Positions 12,316-25,653 of a DNA stretch of 64,000 bases are shown one piece after another. The DNA is taken from the NCBI GenBank assembly GCA_030704615.1, contig CM060731.1, forward strand, positions 22,444,001 to 22,508,000, written 5' to 3'. Every line of letters starts with the position of its first letter. Position 1 is the stretch's first letter. Source of the DNA: Takakia lepidozioides (lineage: Eukaryota; Plantae; Bryophyta). The position numbers and the translations under genes are program-made. Under the pieces are notes generated by a model, which was given only the letters and a program-made list of their open reading frames with translations, was not told the origin of the DNA and made no database searches.

Positions 12316-13551
12316 GGTCTTACATATGTAAGATGGAGTATTCCACCTGTTGCAGATGCTCTTCTGTTCGTAGGTTGGATGAAAAGCAAGGCGGTTGGTA
12401 TGGCTAATTAAATGTGCCTAATGTTAGCCAAAGGCCCTTGTCTCATTCCAACAGTAACCTCATCTGACGAGGTGGCTGCTGATGTGTGGGAGAAACTTAA
12501 AGAAATCCTAACAGCCAACAAGAGGCCACCATTTGCCATTCCAGATTAGCCCTTTCCTTTAATATAAAAAGTGGCTGGCTTATGCCAAACGCAAGATGTT
12601 TTGTGTGATGATAACAATGTACCTGGATGAGCCTGGTGTTTGGATGTGTTGCACTTGATGCCCCTGAATGTGATTTGATTGGCCCAGCTGTGAGGCTCCT
12701 CTAGCAAGAGATCCTTTGTCGCGCACCTCACTTCGGTAAGCTCCCCCCTCAAGTCATAGTTACTTGCTTTGATGCGCGCGCCTGACTCCCAACCTGGCCG
12801 CCGGGCCAACTTGGAGCTTCGGCTGCTCACCGGGACATAACGGTCCCCCTTTGTTCTCCCAAAGAACCCTCCACCGATTTGGAACTAGCGGGAATTCCCT
12901 TTGGTAGTTGGCAGTCCGGAACAACTCCCCACTCTTTGGTCGCTTTCCGGCTCGCTCGCTTACTCACTAGTTTTTGGTCACCAACGGGCTTGCACCGTTC
13001 TCGGGGATACTACTCCCTATATATACTTCTGTAGCTGTCCGCGGGGGTTTCACAACCAGCCATGCCATTTTATGACGAACCACCACGAAAACCCTCGACT
13101 CCCGGTGATGAGTCGCGGTGAGTCTTGGCCCACTCACCACGGCCCCTATGGACCGTGATGAGTCCCAAGACTCCCCACGATTCCCACCACGAGGTCTCCG
13201 CCCCCATGGTGAGTCCTATGCCACCCCCACTAAGTCCCGCTAAGCTACCACCACCCCTTGTGGAGCCACCCCCACCGCAACCCGGTGTGCGGGGCTCCAC
13301 CTAGTGAGCGCCTCCGCCTCCTTGAGTGCCTTGGGCACTCAAGGGTGCTTCAGCTCCCCATACCTATCGCTGCTGCTGCCCCCACCACAGGGGCAGCCCC
13401 TCATGTGTCCCGACCCCCTGCCCTCAAGGCAAAGGGCCGCGACATCCTTCCTATTTAGCTTGGCGTGCTTTACTGGCTAACTTCCGCGCTTCAGCGCCCG
13501 AACTCGTAGAAGATAAGGGAATATCCCCCGGGTAGAGAAATTGGTCTTACA
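12316..13551 (+). repeat. 3' repeat block of element B: b1 (ggtcttaca) - ta - A2 - b2 (ggtcttaca), with a nested solo LTR
   Basis: 12316-12324 is identical to 13543-13551; palindrome tcttacatatgtaaga at 12318-12333. Confidence 0.8.
12717..13444 (-). mobile_element. Solo LTR of the element A family, nested in the 3' repeat of B
   Basis: TGTCGC...GCGACA, 728 bp, flanked by 5-bp TSD TCCTT (12712-12716 and 13445-13449). Confidence 0.95.
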
Positions 13552-15482
13552 GGCTGACCCAGCAAGACACTGCTTTAATTTTTTTTTTTTAATATTGAGG
13601 TGAAAGGGGAGGAAGCCCATGTTATTTTCTTTTTCTTTTTTTAGAGAACAGTGGACAGAGGCCCTGAGAATTTATTAATAATTATTGAAGGGAGAAAATT
13701 AAACCCTTACATGCCCGAAGGCTGCCATGAGGCCTAGACACACGATGGTCGTGCACGACATACCTCTGAGTAGTAAACAAGAGACCAAGAACCCTCAACT
13801 ACTATCGAGTATTGAAAGTTAATATTATTAGTGGAAAATTGGGAGAGTGCTCGCAAATGACATTCCTTACAGAGGAGGGGAGTAAATTAATCTCCTTTCA
13901 GAGTTTTTTTTAAAATAAAATAAAAATAAAAAATTATTTCTTATTTTCTTTACGTTTAAAGAAAGGGAGTGGACACCCTTTCAGAGTTGTATTGTATACA
14001 TGAGTCATGATGGAATATAATACTGTACATTATTTTTAACTTTTACGTATTTTATGTTGAGACATGTATTGGCTAGATTCCCTCTACCTACCTTTTCGAC
14101 ATTTGGATGGACAGACGCTGGATGATGACAGTTGGAAAAGGGCTTGGATGAAACCAGCTAGAAACAATCTATTTTTAAACTAAGGATTGTCTTATATTAA
14201 CAGCTAGTTTATCTCTAAAATAGAATGAGGCGACGTCCTATCTGGACAGACACCCGGATGGAATCCAAATAACCAATCAGAGCTTGCCACTTGGTTAGAT
14301 GAGATTGTGGGCCTTCGTTTATAAAAGAGATCAACACGACGCTTAAGGCGGCGGTGTACTTTTGGTGTGGAAACCCTAGTGTACCTGTGTGAGAGTTTTG
14401 GATGAAGAAGGTGTGAGTGAGGATGTGCTGTTAACCCATGTGAATGATTATGACTCCTCTCCGTTGGATCCCCTATCTCGCTAGACCGAGCACACATCCC
14501 CATGATAGCTCAATACCCGTAGAGGAAGAGGAATAAGGGGGTGGGCGAGAATCTGGCTTTACAGAGAAACATAAAATATATCTATCTTTTTCTCTTTAAA
14601 GAACATAACCGTTTTGGATCTGCTAGATCCAATGGAGAATTAATGCCTATCCGAAGGTCGGAAGCTAGTTTAGCGTAGAGCAGGAATAGGGTGTCATAGT
14701 GACACGTCATCATCACCACGTCATCGTCGCTCAGAACCATCTATCAAGGTTATTTTCTCCTCTCGCTGTCGCCTAGGTGTTGCCCTTTTAGAAATTTAAG
14801 AGCAAAAAAAAAAACGGATGATGGTGGGTTCAAATCCCTCTACAGCGTGAGATGAGAGTCAGCAATTGCGCATGGAAAGCAGAAAATGTTTTGTGGTCTT
14901 CCTAGATTGTATGATGGGTTGAGGTGCGTAGCCACTCGTTTTTTCGAAAGTACGGCGGCCGATGTGAGCGAGATGGCATTGGAAAATCGTGTCTGCAGTG
15001 GTGTCGAGCGGAGGAGTGAATATGTGAAAGCGTTGTGGAGGTAGACACCAATTGGTGTGGGTAGGTTTCTGTTGCCTTCTCAAGATTTCAGGTTGCATGC
15101 CCATGCTTTCTTGATTGCTAGTAGGTTCTTGGGCTTGATGTGTAGTAGCAGAGAGCGTCAATACTTACCCCCAGCAACCGCCTTAGGCCTAGACGGCTTT
15201 GAGATGGATGAAATTAAAGAATACCAAAGCTGGTCTACTTACAAGCACTTTGCATTCCGGAACTTTGCTCTTGTGATCGACAGTTCTGAAGTAAGCTTGG
15301 GATTGTTGATTTAGTTCGACGAAAAGGCTGCACACACATTGATTCTTTGTTGGTGTGGGTTGCTATTGCAAATTGGATGTATTGAGGTGGAATTTGATAG
15401 TCCTTGTAATCAATCTGCCGTAACTTCCCTCACATTATCTGGCACGTTTTTGCGGATTCAATATGTTTTCCCTTGTGCAAAC

Positions 15483-16001
15483 TGTCGGCGCATACATATC
15501 GCTACACAACTACATCGCTGTCCAAACCACACCACATATATATGCACAATAAAGTAGTCTGCCACAATGATAAACAAGCTAAAAAGGACACACACTCCCA
15601 ACACAAGAAATATGAAATCCATCGCTATCACTCATTGAAACAGAAGTCGAGCCAGGGGCACCCCAAGCTATGGGGACTCCACCCCACAACAACTTGTACC
15701 CCTACATAAGCACACTCAAACCTAAACACATGCAGGAGCTCAGTCGCGCAGGCTCAACTCGAGAGAGATGAGCTACGTGACTGCCGCTCTCGTGAAGATA
15801 AGGCCGTTCAGGTGTCAAACTAAACTTGACACCTGATGTAACACTTGACCTAAATCCAAGTGTTAAATACAAATAACTAGCTTTATTCTAGTTCTTTTCA
15901 CACTGTGCTTATTTAACTTGACAGCTGTCGTGCGCATACATATCGCTACACAACTACATCGCTGTCCAAACCACACCACATATATATGCACAATAAAGTA
16001 G
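15483..16001 (-). repeat. 3' split-repeat block of C: B1 (15926-16001) - gc - A2 (15568-15923) - 10-nt spacer - B2 (15483-15557)
   Basis: Direct sequence comparison; junction palindrome gacagctgtc; G-tract (minus) at 16002-16007 abuts B1. Confidence 0.92.
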
Positions 16002-16257
16002 CCCCCCTAGCTGGTGGGTAGGTCCCTCTACCTCCAGATAGCTACAAGATGTAATAGCCATAGCCGTACTAAGTCCTCTATCACTGCCCCTATTGCACTC
16101 AAACTCTATAGACCAAGAGGCCGGGTACAAGAGTAGCCCCATTGTTAGTCGCTATCTTGCAATCTGTGAACTTGAGCCAGGACCTCGTGTGTTCAAGGTC
16201 TCCTAGTAGTTGGGCCTTGCGTTTCTTGTTAGCCTTCCATGGTTGTATCCACTCCCA

Positions 16258-17781
16258 CTATCCAATGCAATGTGGACATAACCAATCCCCATCCGGAACC
16301 ATCTCAAGAGGTGGAGTCAAGCATCCCATATGCCAACCTCTAGAGCATCGATCACACACCAGCATGGTGGCTGCCCCTTTAGCAGACCCACACAACATGC
16401 ACCTCAAACCTGCAGATACCACTGCCAGGTTTGGGTCAATCCTGCCATCGACATTCGGAAGGTGACATGGCGCACAATTACGCACATGGTCCTTCCAAGT
16501 TATGCCATCCCGACCCTCCAAGACCAAGACGCCTGAAGGCAAGACCTCTCGAACCCTCAAAATAACACGTCCTGCAGTCACATCCAGGGTCGTAGGAGCA
16601 GTCTGCTGCAGATAGACATAGTCACCAGGGTTGAATCTCCGAACCCCAGGACGATAGCCCCCACCACGTATGGTAGCATACCTCAACGTATCACGGTGTT
16701 GTGCAATGGCAAGGTTCTCGAAAGCCATGGGCATGACTCTCTTGAACAACTATGCACGCTGCTCACATGCACGTGCCCACACGTCCAGATCGTCAAGGTT
16801 AAGAACTGTAGCAGCTTCTCTGCGAATGGATGTAGGCAAATCCGGCTCTCGGCCAAAGAGAAGAAAGTATGGTGAGAAGGAGACAAGTGATGCTTGCTTG
16901 CTGAACCTGTAGCCCATGGCTAACTAGGGTAACTGAAGGTCCCAATCTCCTAGGTGTCCCTTCTGCAAACCATACTTGCGCAAACCCCTCTTTACTGTCT
17001 GAACAACTCTCTCTGCCAAGCCATCGGCCTCAGGATGATCCCGAGAAGTGGTGCGGTGGTCTATCAAGGCCTTGTCACACAAAGCCTGAAACTCCCCCAA
17101 GAACTCTCTCCCTTGGTCCGTGAGTACCTCAGCTGGAGCACCGAATCGGCTAAGCATACAATCCAAGAATGCATACGCAGCTCCCTCACTAGCCTTATCA
17201 GGCAATGGAACCAATTCAATCCACTTGGAGAAGTGCTCCACCATCACCAACACGTACTTGTTGTGGCGCATGGTCAGTGGCAACGGCCCTGCGAAGTCAA
17301 GACTCCACCTGTAGCCCAATCCCATGATCGGAAGAGGGTGCAATTGTGGAGTAGGGGCGTTGAATGAAGCACGCACCCTGTCACACACCATGCACCTAGC
17401 CACAAATTGTTGCACCTCTGTGTGCATACCACGCCACCAATACTGCCCCTGCAGTAGACTATGAGTGCGTCGCTCCTCATGGGCATGGCGCACTAACCGT
17501 GCCCGATGTGTTGGGTGAGGCACAATCCTCACTCGACCATCCTCCCACACTCGGAGCAGGTGTGTCCCCTCCCACTTGAACCTCTTGGCTCGTTGTAGGA
17601 TCCGATCCCTCTCCTTGGCAGTCACAGTGGCTGCCGTGTCTCCAGTGCGGAGGTAGTCCAACACAACTGAATCCTCATGTATATCTTTGGCGCCACCTTG
17701 CTCATTGCTGGCCTCAGGGTCCTCAGACACTTGATCTACAGTCATCCCTGTTGCAGGTCCAACCTGGCCTTCCGCTGCCAA
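16258..17781 (-). pseudogene. Element C integrase with C-terminal PHD finger (~16261-16404)
   Basis: CMVC zinc-finger half, LDFAGP, LTDQGREF, DGLAERVV; C-terminal CMLC-x11-CDRC-x4-H-x2-C-x14-CPHC = C4HC3 PHD. Confidence 0.9.
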
Positions 17782-19372
17782 GATACACAGAAATGCAGAT
17801 GCATGCCATCCGGCACCATCTCCTCGTCCGTCTCACCATGCCACCGAGCTCCAGTGTCATCTTGCTGGCTCGTGCATGGATTGCGACTCAACCCATCTGC
17901 ATTACGATTGACCAAACCCGGTCGATGCACCACCTGAAAGTCATACTCTTGAAGGATGAGTGCCCACCGTGCAAGCTTCCCCGTAAGCTTGTCTGACTCC
18001 ATCAACCACTTGAGTGGTTGGTGATCCGTGACAAGGGTGAAGAGATTGCCGTATAGATAGCACCTGAAGTGTGCCACGGCCCACACTGCAGCTAAGCATT
18101 CTCCCTCATATGAGCTATACTTAGACTCTGCAGCATTGTTCGAGCGGCTAGCATAAGCCACTACGAACTCTCTTCCCTCATCATCCACCTGTGTGAGCAC
18201 CGCTCCAAGCCCCAGCATGCTCCAATCTGTATGCAGCTGAAAAGGACGCCCCCTGATAGGTCGTCTCAAGATGGGCGCCGAGGTCAACCTCGCCTTGAGC
18301 TCTTGAAAAGCTTGTTCTTGCTCATCTTCCCACTGCCACTCCTGGTCCACCTTGGTCAGCTTGGTTAGAGCCTTTGCAATGGCACTAAATCCCTTAACAA
18401 ACCGTCTGTAATAGTTTGCTAACCCCATGAAAGCTCGAACTCGGCTCACATCCGTGGGGCGTGGAACCTGTGCAATGGACTCTACCTTAGTCTGCTGTAC
18501 CCCCAATCCTCCAGGATATATCATGTGACCCAGATACTCAATCTGGTTGTGGAAAAACTTGCACTTTCCCGGATGTAACTTCAATCCGTGCGTCCTCAAG
18601 CGCTCAAATACCCCCTGAAGGTGTCTCTCATGCTCCTCCACCGTAGCACTAAAGATGATGATGTCATCTATGTAGCACCGAGCAAACTCCACCCCTGCTA
18701 GAATCCTGTCCATGACTCTTTGAAACTCAGCGGGAGCGTTTTTAAGCCCAAATGGTAAGAACCGCCACTGGTATAGGCAATCCTTCCCGTGCTCATTGAT
18801 CCCCCAGAATGCCGTCTTTTGCTTATCCGCCTCCTTGATCGGCAACTGGTGATATCCGGATCGTAAATCCAACGTGCTAAAGACCTTGGAATGCCCAATG
18901 GCATCAAAGATCTCCTCTGGTGTCGGCATGGCATACCTATCGGACTTGGTCTGACGATTTACAGGCCGGTAATCACCGCACATACGTCTCTCCGTCCAAT
19001 TGCCATAGACATCCTTCTTAGCTGGCATCACTGTGGCTGAAGCATACTCTCCACCAGAGAGCTCCACCAAACCTGCCTCCCAGAGATCTTGAGTCCTCAT
19101 CTGAATCAAAGACCTCTCCATGTCACTGTATCTATAGGGTCTCCGAAAGATTGGCGTGTCAGTGGCCAACTCAATACGGATCTCTTGACCCTTCAGTGCT
19201 CCCAAGTCCTTCAAACTGAAGGCAAAGCAATTCTGTAAGCCCTCAGGAACCGCCGTATACGTCGTCTCTCTCCTCCGGTGACAATGGGTCCAATGTCAGG
19301 CTCCCAATTGTCCTCCGTAACTGCAACCTTAAGTCCAGTGGGCTTAGAGGTAGAGGACGCGTCCCGTGGTTG
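17742..19372 (-). CDS. Element C RT-RNaseH
   Basis: RMCGDYRPVN, LPFGLKNAPAEFQ, YIDD, LHTDWS, VTDHQPL. Confidence 0.93.
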
Positions 19373-19659
19373 CTATGCTGCAACCTCTTGAGCAGTACTC
19401 CCTTCCTGCTCAGTCAATGACAAGGCCTCATCCTGCCCCATCATCTCATCATTGAGAACCTCCTCATCCCGAGAAGAATCCCCAACCTCATCCATCACAG
19501 CTGCCTTGGCTGCCAACTCCCTCTGAACCTCGAGCACCTCCCACGTGTGCCATGGATGTCTACACCCCGTGGTCCTCACCGGCTCGCCCCCACTCGCTGC
19601 CTGTACCGTCTCGGTAGGCAGAGAGACCTGTCAAGGGAAGTGCACTCCGCACTCTACGT

Positions 19660-20640
19660 TGCTCAGCCATAGCCAAGCTGACAATCCAGGTCAAGCAATT
19701 GAGATCCATTGCTTGCCCCAACACCTGACGACGTGATGCCTCAGAAAGAGAAGGCACCGCCGTGGTCCCAGTGGAAAACCCCATAGCCCGCTCTCGCTCG
19801 TCGGCATTAGGCTCCACTAACTGCTGCAACTGAGCATCCCACAGGAGGCCAGGTCCACCATCCCGAAAAGCATGGGATCCTGGGAAGCTGAGCAGTGTAG
19901 GTAATGCTGCTCGTGGTTGACCCACCCTGTTGACCACTGCCAAAGGCGAACGGTCATCGTGTCTCACACGTTGAGACTGCTTCCTGTGTCCAAAATGCCA
20001 TCCACGGTGAGGTGTGCTGGCCGCTGCACCCCATCAAATGCACGCTTGAGCAGTGCGGGTGGCATCAAGTTAGTCCACCAAAGCCGTGGACGATGAGCCC
20101 GTGACCCCACTGCAGCTGCATCCAGCAACACTGCTGACCCAAGCCACGACCGGACTTGATGCACACTGGCCATCACCCTGGCCCGAGAATCACCCATCAG
20201 TGGTACATTCTCCAAGATGTATGCTGGAGATACAGCTTGATGAAGCTGCAAGCAGCGCAAAATCCGCACCATCTCCCAAAACAGACCCGTCCTCGAGTCT
20301 CGCAATCCATTGCCATGCCCGGCTGATGAATGCCCTTGGCAGGGCCAACCTGCCACTACCAGATCAATGGAGCCAACCTGCTCCAAATCCTGCGCCCCCA
20401 GCAAAGAAATGGCTGCTGGCCAGGAGAGGCTTGTGGAATCACGAACTGAGACACTGGCAACAAGTCAGGGTATTGCTGTACCAACTGAGCCAACATGGCG
20501 CGAGTGTGAGACGTCGTGCAGTCTCATCCCTCTCCACATACATGAACGTGGCGAACTAGTTGACACCTGCCTGTAGCACAACAGCCAATCGCGGTGCTGA
20601 ATCCCGCCCAACAAGTCCAGAAGGCAAATGCCTTCATCCG
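19660..20640 (-). pseudogene. C5 cytosine DNA methyltransferase domain of element C (frameshifted)
   Basis: ICLLDLLGGI, IDLVVAGWPCQGHS, YILENV, AHRPRLWW, ERERAMGF...VLGQAMDL. Confidence 0.9.
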
Positions 20641-20743
20641 CGATACTTCCACACAATAGGTGGTGTGGTATCCAATGGTGACAACTGAGGTGGTCCTGGT
20701 GCAATACCGCACTCTCCTCCTCTCCTGACGGTACAAAAGCTTC

Positions 20744-23579
20744 TTACCCAGGCTTGGTACACCCGTCGATCAGCAACCTGCTGCAAATCCTTGCTCGTAC
20801 CCCAAATGGGTGTGAGCACCATGGCAGGCAACTCCGCCATACCATGCATGTCATCCTCTGCTCTGCTGGAGGTGGCACATCCTCTGCATGGGCATTGCCT
20901 TCCAGCAACTCTCCAGGCCAAATAACTGCAGCTGTAAAGGCGGCTAGTGTTGGCATCTTGCCCCGTTGGGCAGCCGCTATACCCCCAATGAATGTCACAG
21001 GGAGCTGTGCACGGCAACCATCGCCTGACTGCCATCCAGCCTGTAGGATGCTGACTCCTCCCAAAAGTCCAGGGTGAAGCCCATGGGTATAACACTGCCC
21101 TACCAACGAGGACATCGTAAGAGACCGCGTCTGTCACAATGGCCTTGGCTCGCATTACTGAGCCATCGATATAGGATGATCCGGCTGCAGTCTAATGGCC
21201 AACTGATGCCGTGTCATGCCCCGAGCCTGCTCTGATCCTCCCAGAGATGTCTGTATCTGGAAAGGACAGGCTCCATATCCGCCTCCATGAGGCCCAAACC
21301 TGCAATAGCAGCTCTGCCCAACATCAGTGGCTGAGCTCCCGAGTCCAACAAGACCCGCAGTGGCCGGTACTTCTTACCTGCCGGTCCACTCAAGTGAAAA
21401 TGCATCCCTGGTTGTCTAACAAGACAACTCCAGGTGTCACCATGGCGCGCTCAAAGGCTGGCCTAGCTGGCAGCTTCGTCAACCTGACAGCTGCAGCTTG
21501 CCAGGGCGCAGCCGTGGCAGTCTTGACCCTAAAAGAGGATCCCTCTGCCACTACACCTTCCACTAACTCCGCAGAAGATGAAGTGACCTCCCCACTCTCA
21601 CAGAGTGTTGCTGCTAGTCGGAACACTGCAGCTGGTCTCACCCCGGCGTCGCAATCATGTTGCCGAGAACAGTGGGGCCGACACACAGAGGTGGCTGCCC
21701 CCAATAACACACCGGCCGCACTAGCCTTGGCAGCAGGTGTCAGTGCTGCACGTGTAGCTCTCCCCAATGGCATAGAAACCTCCGCCTCGGTAACAGTCGG
21801 GCGAGAACTAGGTGCCATGGATGGCGTCGATACACTCTCCGCCAATGTGAATGACTGAGGAAGCCTCGCCTGACGGCTTGCCTCCCCACGCTGTGGATCC
21901 AATTCCACCTCTGCACCTCGTGGCTCAGGAACTCGTGCTGCTCCTCGAGTCACGGCTGCAGCAGACTCCACCTGCTCTAGTGGTAGTGCTGCTCCGCACA
22001 TAAATCCCATGCCTCCTATATCTCTCCCTCAGGAGCAGGAGGAGGTGGACCATCCGCCTGGGAGCCGGTACGCCTGAGCTATAGCCATGGCAGCGAGCCT
22101 CTGCTCTAGCTGCTGAAGCCGATTGGCCATGCCTTGGTCAACACCCTGACCTCCGCGTCCTTGGCCATGTTGAGCTTGCCCTTGGCCTGCACCTCGTGCC
22201 CGACCACCTCGTCCTCTCTGGGCTGGTCCACCTCGCCCCCGGCCACCATTGTTCCCTTGGAACTGGCCTGGGCGCAACTCAGGATGCAAGTCATAACACT
22301 GGGCATCTCCATGCCCATACTTGCCACAATGCCCACACTGCAACTGTGCAGGCTGTGCTTGTGCCGGCCTTCTGCCACTCTCTGGGCAATCTCTCTTGAC
22401 ATAGGGTCCTCCACATGTCCAACATATCACCCCTGGTTGCTGTTGGCCTGCAAAAGATGCCACGGGCCTCTGCACCTGAGGTCCCCTGTAAGCTCCATGG
22501 AACTTGGGTTGGGAAACTTGCCCCCCTGACCACGCTGCTGGGCAGTACCTGTGCCTTGGGCTGGCAGCTGGCTGCGCCTCGTGCAAGCATGTCCTTGCCA
22601 AATCCAATGGTGACAACTCGCTCCTCCACCATGTTGAGCTCAATCCGCTCAGCCAGCAGAAACACATCTGCTAATGTGGGTTGGGCTGCTTGTAACAAGG
22701 TTGCATCTCGCACCCTTCTCTTGAGCTCCTTGTCCAGAATTCCATACCAAAACTGGATTGCCTGAGCTTCAGTAACCCCTTGGGTCACACTTATCAAGCG
22801 CCTCATACGAGTGTACGCCTCTCGCAGGCTCTCACTGGGTTTGCGCTGGAAGTCTTGCAAACTTCGCAGCTTCTCTGTCCGTACACCTTGGTAGTTCCTC
22901 CGCAACTCCTGAAGAACTCCACCACCGGGTTGAATCTAGGCACATGTGTTGTAGTCATGGCAGGAGGAGTAGTAGCACCTTTTGAACTGGTACCACCTAC
23001 AGAAGTACCAGCACTACTTGCTCCACTACTAGTGCTGGCAGTGGGAGCTATTGGTACTGATGCAGCTACTGGTCGCGTCGTGCCTCGAGTAATGGAGACG
23101 TAGTCAGGTGACCAATACATCCTCCACTCCTCAATATCTGCTTCATGTCCTCGCCTGAACTCGTGGTAATCGTCCATAGGCGGGCCTTCCAAATGCTGGA
23201 ACAGTCCCTTCCACGCCATGAATGGAGTGAATAGCTGTGGATTGCGCATCTGCTGCAAATCACACCAGCTATCGAACTCCTGGATAAAATCATCCAACTC
23301 GATTGTGCCCACAGCTCCAGAGTACCTACGAGGCCCCTTGGTAGCTCCATACATCTCCTCCATGTCGTCCCACAACAATGGCGAATGAAACTGCACACCT
23401 GTTGATGAAGCCTCCGAGTCTGTGTCTGACTCTACACTAGTTGAGGGTGGAGGTGAAGGTGGTCTGAAACGAACACCTCGTCTGGTGAACCTACTCTCAC
23501 TACTACTGCATGTAGCCGTACTCCCCTCAGAACTTCTGGGTAATTCCGTGATGACACTCACAATGTGCACCTCCCCCAC
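20744..23579 (-). pseudogene. Element C gag and protease (frameshifted)
   Basis: Homologous to D ORF 59182-61455; CGHCGKYGHGDAQC knuckle; VLLDSGAQ. Confidence 0.88.
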
Positions 23580-25220
23580 GTGACACTATAAGGCTCTATT
23601 ACTAATTCTAATAGTGACATGGGTAGGCACCTGTTGCAGTTTAAGGGTCATATTCCAATGGCTCAGGACACCTTGCACCTGCATCCACCGCAAGAACTCC
23701 TATGGTTGGCTGGTCATCAACCCAGCCTCACCATAGAAGAAACACTGGTGGTCTTGCTGGTCATCACTCCAGCCTCACCACCGACAGCATACTCTAGGAT
23801 TGACCGGTGATCAAATCCGGCCTAATCCCTATGAAAGCAAGCGCCCACACAAAACCAACATGGCGCACAGTCAAGCATGCAGGTGTTGGGGGGGATCCAA
23901 ACACAAGAAATCAAAACATCAACACCCCCACACCAAAATCCAGCAGCAACGCTGTGATCCTGCAGAATATCCCAGCCCAAAACCCCGGACTGACTGGCCT
24001 CCACCAAGAGAGGCTTTGGCAACTACAAGTATAAGGTAATGAAAATAGTACAGAGATGGAGGGGAAGAATAGAAGCCCGACCCAGCAAGATCTAATCCTG
24101 ATCTATGCTATCAACTGCCAGACTTCTCTCAAAGTGCCTCGCTCTGCATGATGGTAAGGTGTAGGAGGTATATCTATGTCCAGAAACCTGCCACTAACCT
24201 TGTCCCAAGCTACAGTAGCTCGCTCTAACCAACCCTCCTCCTCTTTGCCAAGTAGAGACAAAGCAACACTCTGCTATCTCCCGCTCACTGAACACTAAAG
24301 AAAACAAAGGTAGGGTCTGATAGTCTCTCAACTCGAAAGCTTTGAGACGGTTGCGGGTGTCCTCATTGCGAATGACTGCATCTCCTTCAAACAGAACAAA
24401 CTTGTCCTCGCTAATGACCCCCGCTCGTGGTTGCCTGTGCAGAGCGTGTCCTGCTGCAACGCTGTCTGATTGCACAAACTTGTGTAGCTCCTGCTCCTCT
24501 GCTCCAGTACACCACAGCCTTGTGGCTGAACACCTTGGTCCCCGGGGCTGTCTTTGGCTGTGTTCCAAGCCTAGCTTTCACCCACTTTGGTATTTCACTT
24601 ACAGCTGCAGAACTGCTGGCTCCAACAGAGTTCTGACTGTCCAAAGCGATATTGAGGCCCTCAACGCCAACTACAGCAGTCTGTTGTCTACTGCTAATGC
24701 CTGACTCCCAGTATGCAATCAACTCGTCCAACTGTTCTCCACTCAAATCAGTCTGAGTTCCTTGGGAAACATAAATCCTGTCCCTTGTGTGCACAGGCTA
24801 AGAGAAGAGACCTGCCCTTCAATTACGTCCTCATTTCCCCCAGCCATACAAGGAGTACATCCACAGATTTGTCTCTCATATAGACCAGCACAGGTTCTAG
24901 AAACAGAATTGTGGATCTTTCATGGCACACTCACACTCTAAAAATTCCATAGATTTTTAGCAGAGTCCTAAAAACAAAAACCAGTTCTAGATTGGTAGAT
25001 TTCCCCTTTCTGCAGCTATCCCCTCAAAAACTGGGTCAAACAGAGTCCATTTGACAAAAATATGACCAATTTGGCTTTAAATCATTTAAATTAGATCAAA
25101 ATGTCCTTTTTTATTTTTTATTTTTAAGGTTTTCAAATTTAAAAATTTAAAGTTACACCCAAACTATCTGGTAACTGGTTCCCGGTTCCCTACGTTCTAT
25201 ATGGTTTCCTAGGTTCCCTG

Positions 25221-25240
25221 GCCACGTGCCCTATAATTCA
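25221..25240 (+). promoter_or_regulatory. Possible G-box plus TATA upstream of the captured SHC fragment
   Basis: gcCACGTGcccTATAATtca, followed by a GA-rich 5'UTR-like stretch. Confidence 0.4.
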
Positions 25241-25653
25241 CACCTTGCTCCAGTCTTCTGCATACCGAGAGTGAGAGAGAGAGAGAGGGAGGGAACTGTG
25301 GCACTCAGTAGTGTCTTGTTGTGAAAGAGAGTGGATTCCGTGATTGCTTGCAGGCTTGCGCACCAAGAGAGGGGGAGGAAAGACATGTTTATGGACATGT
25401 TTATGGACGCCATGTACAGGCAAGGGGTCACTCACAGTCTGTTCGAGGCCTTGGTGGCTAACGATAAATCACTGAGGAGGATTACCAGCGGGAAGCACTG
25501 GACTTTGTGCGGGAGCTTGCGGGTCCCCGGCCCATTCCAGTTACGGGGGAGAAAGCCCTGGCTCCTGAATCGCCCGTCTATCCCCAGCGTAGCTCGGCTC
25601 CGCCGTTCCCAAACCCGTCGTCTCCATCCTGCAGCTGAAACTCTAGCACTTTT

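Larger units (their letters stand above)
5503..13551 (+). mobile_element. Ty3/Gypsy element B (decayed; dUTPase-like domain; split terminal repeats)
   Basis: Direct repeats at 5503-5975 and 12327-13542 (the second interrupted by a solo LTR); internal gag-PR-dUTPase-RT-RH-IN; right end ...ggtcttaca; no TSD found. Confidence 0.9.

Noticed and set aside
15057-15314. Possible upstream exon of the diphosphatase gene (gaa|gtaagc donor), which would place C in an intron
   Set aside because: Only a donor-like motif supports it; transcript data are needed
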